From contig CM106585.1 in NCBI GenBank assembly GCA_048013815.1, forward strand, positions 558,001 to 622,000: 64,000 bases of DNA. The letters run 5' to 3'. Below, in pieces: positions 63,776-64,000 of this stretch. The translations under genes were made by a program, and so were the position numbers. The notes under the pieces are model-generated. The model ran no database searches. It worked only from the letters and a program-made list of their open reading frames with translations, and was not told the DNA's origin. This DNA comes from Setoptus koraiensis (Eukaryota > Animalia > Arthropoda). Every line of letters starts with the position of its first letter. Position 1 is the stretch's first letter.

Positions 63776-64000
63776 TCACCAATGTGTAATTGGCCCACCT
63801 CGGTCTTGGTTTCGATCGCTGTCATAGTAAGGGCCATCAACGCCCTTTGCGAGCCATTGCCCCGGATGGAGACTCTCTTTTGCGTAAATCTTTCCGTCTA
63901 TCCCTGTTACGTAATCGTCATCATCATCAGTATCATCTCTCCATTTTGTTTTAATGAATGCGAGATTCTCAGAAACTGCAGAAACTGCGGTGGCGACCAT
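63776..64000 (-). CDS. Secreted peptide family copy 3 (5' end beyond the window)
   Basis: ..MVATAVSA-VSENLAFIKTKWRDDTDDDDDYVTGIDGKIYAKE..GPYYDSDRNQDRGGPITHW*. The first 15 codons of the signal peptide would lie past 64000. Confidence 0.85.
   Translation of the reverse strand: MVATAVSAVSENLAFIKTKWRDDTDDDDDYVTGIDGKIYAKESLHPGQWLAKGVDGPYYDSDRNQDRGGPITHW

Noticed and set aside
1-64000. CRISPR arrays, rRNA, tRNA, bacterial horizontally transferred genes
   Set aside because: No repeat-spacer array, rRNA-like segment, cloverleaf or bacterial-type gene was seen. The 61-64 kb repeats are gene duplications.

Overview
Eukaryotic DNA, not prokaryotic. It has spliceosomal GT-AG introns, metazoan genes and microsatellite-rich intergenic tracts, with no operons or CRISPR arrays. 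The intron-poor, tightly packed genes, N/Q-rich protein expansions, allatostatin-A receptor and short-Dscam-type Ig cassette suggest a compact arthropod genome, most likely an acariform (possibly eriophyoid) mite. That assignment is inference. The ORF track uses TTG/GTG starts, so several starts were moved to the first ATG. Recognisable genes: AstA-type GPCR (2 exons), endophilin A, INTS14, d4/DPF2, a minimal BUD13, MED7, a PHLDB-like PH protein, acetyl-CoA carboxylase (2 exons), a protein with two UAP56-binding-like motifs, mRpL28 and a MARCH RING-CH ligase (2 exons). Lineage-specific content: a 360-aa orphan secreted protein, a 108-aa peptide precursor, a possible 41-aa secreted peptide, a leader+2-Ig Dscam-like cassette, two ~396-bp TA-flanked MITEs and a tandem family of small secreted peptides at 61-64 kb. 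Best leads: (1) the tandem peptide family with identical promoter/signal peptide but hypervariable, acidic-Tyr mature regions; (2) a disulfide-loop W-x6-W peptide precursor beside the GPCR; (3) an inverted duplication giving two unrelated head-to-head genes the same 5' leader and N-terminal peptide; (4) an orphan sDscam-like 5' cassette; (5) a weak RNase P-like RNA candidate. Regions 1-11.9 kb and 55.7-61 kb hold no gene I can support.
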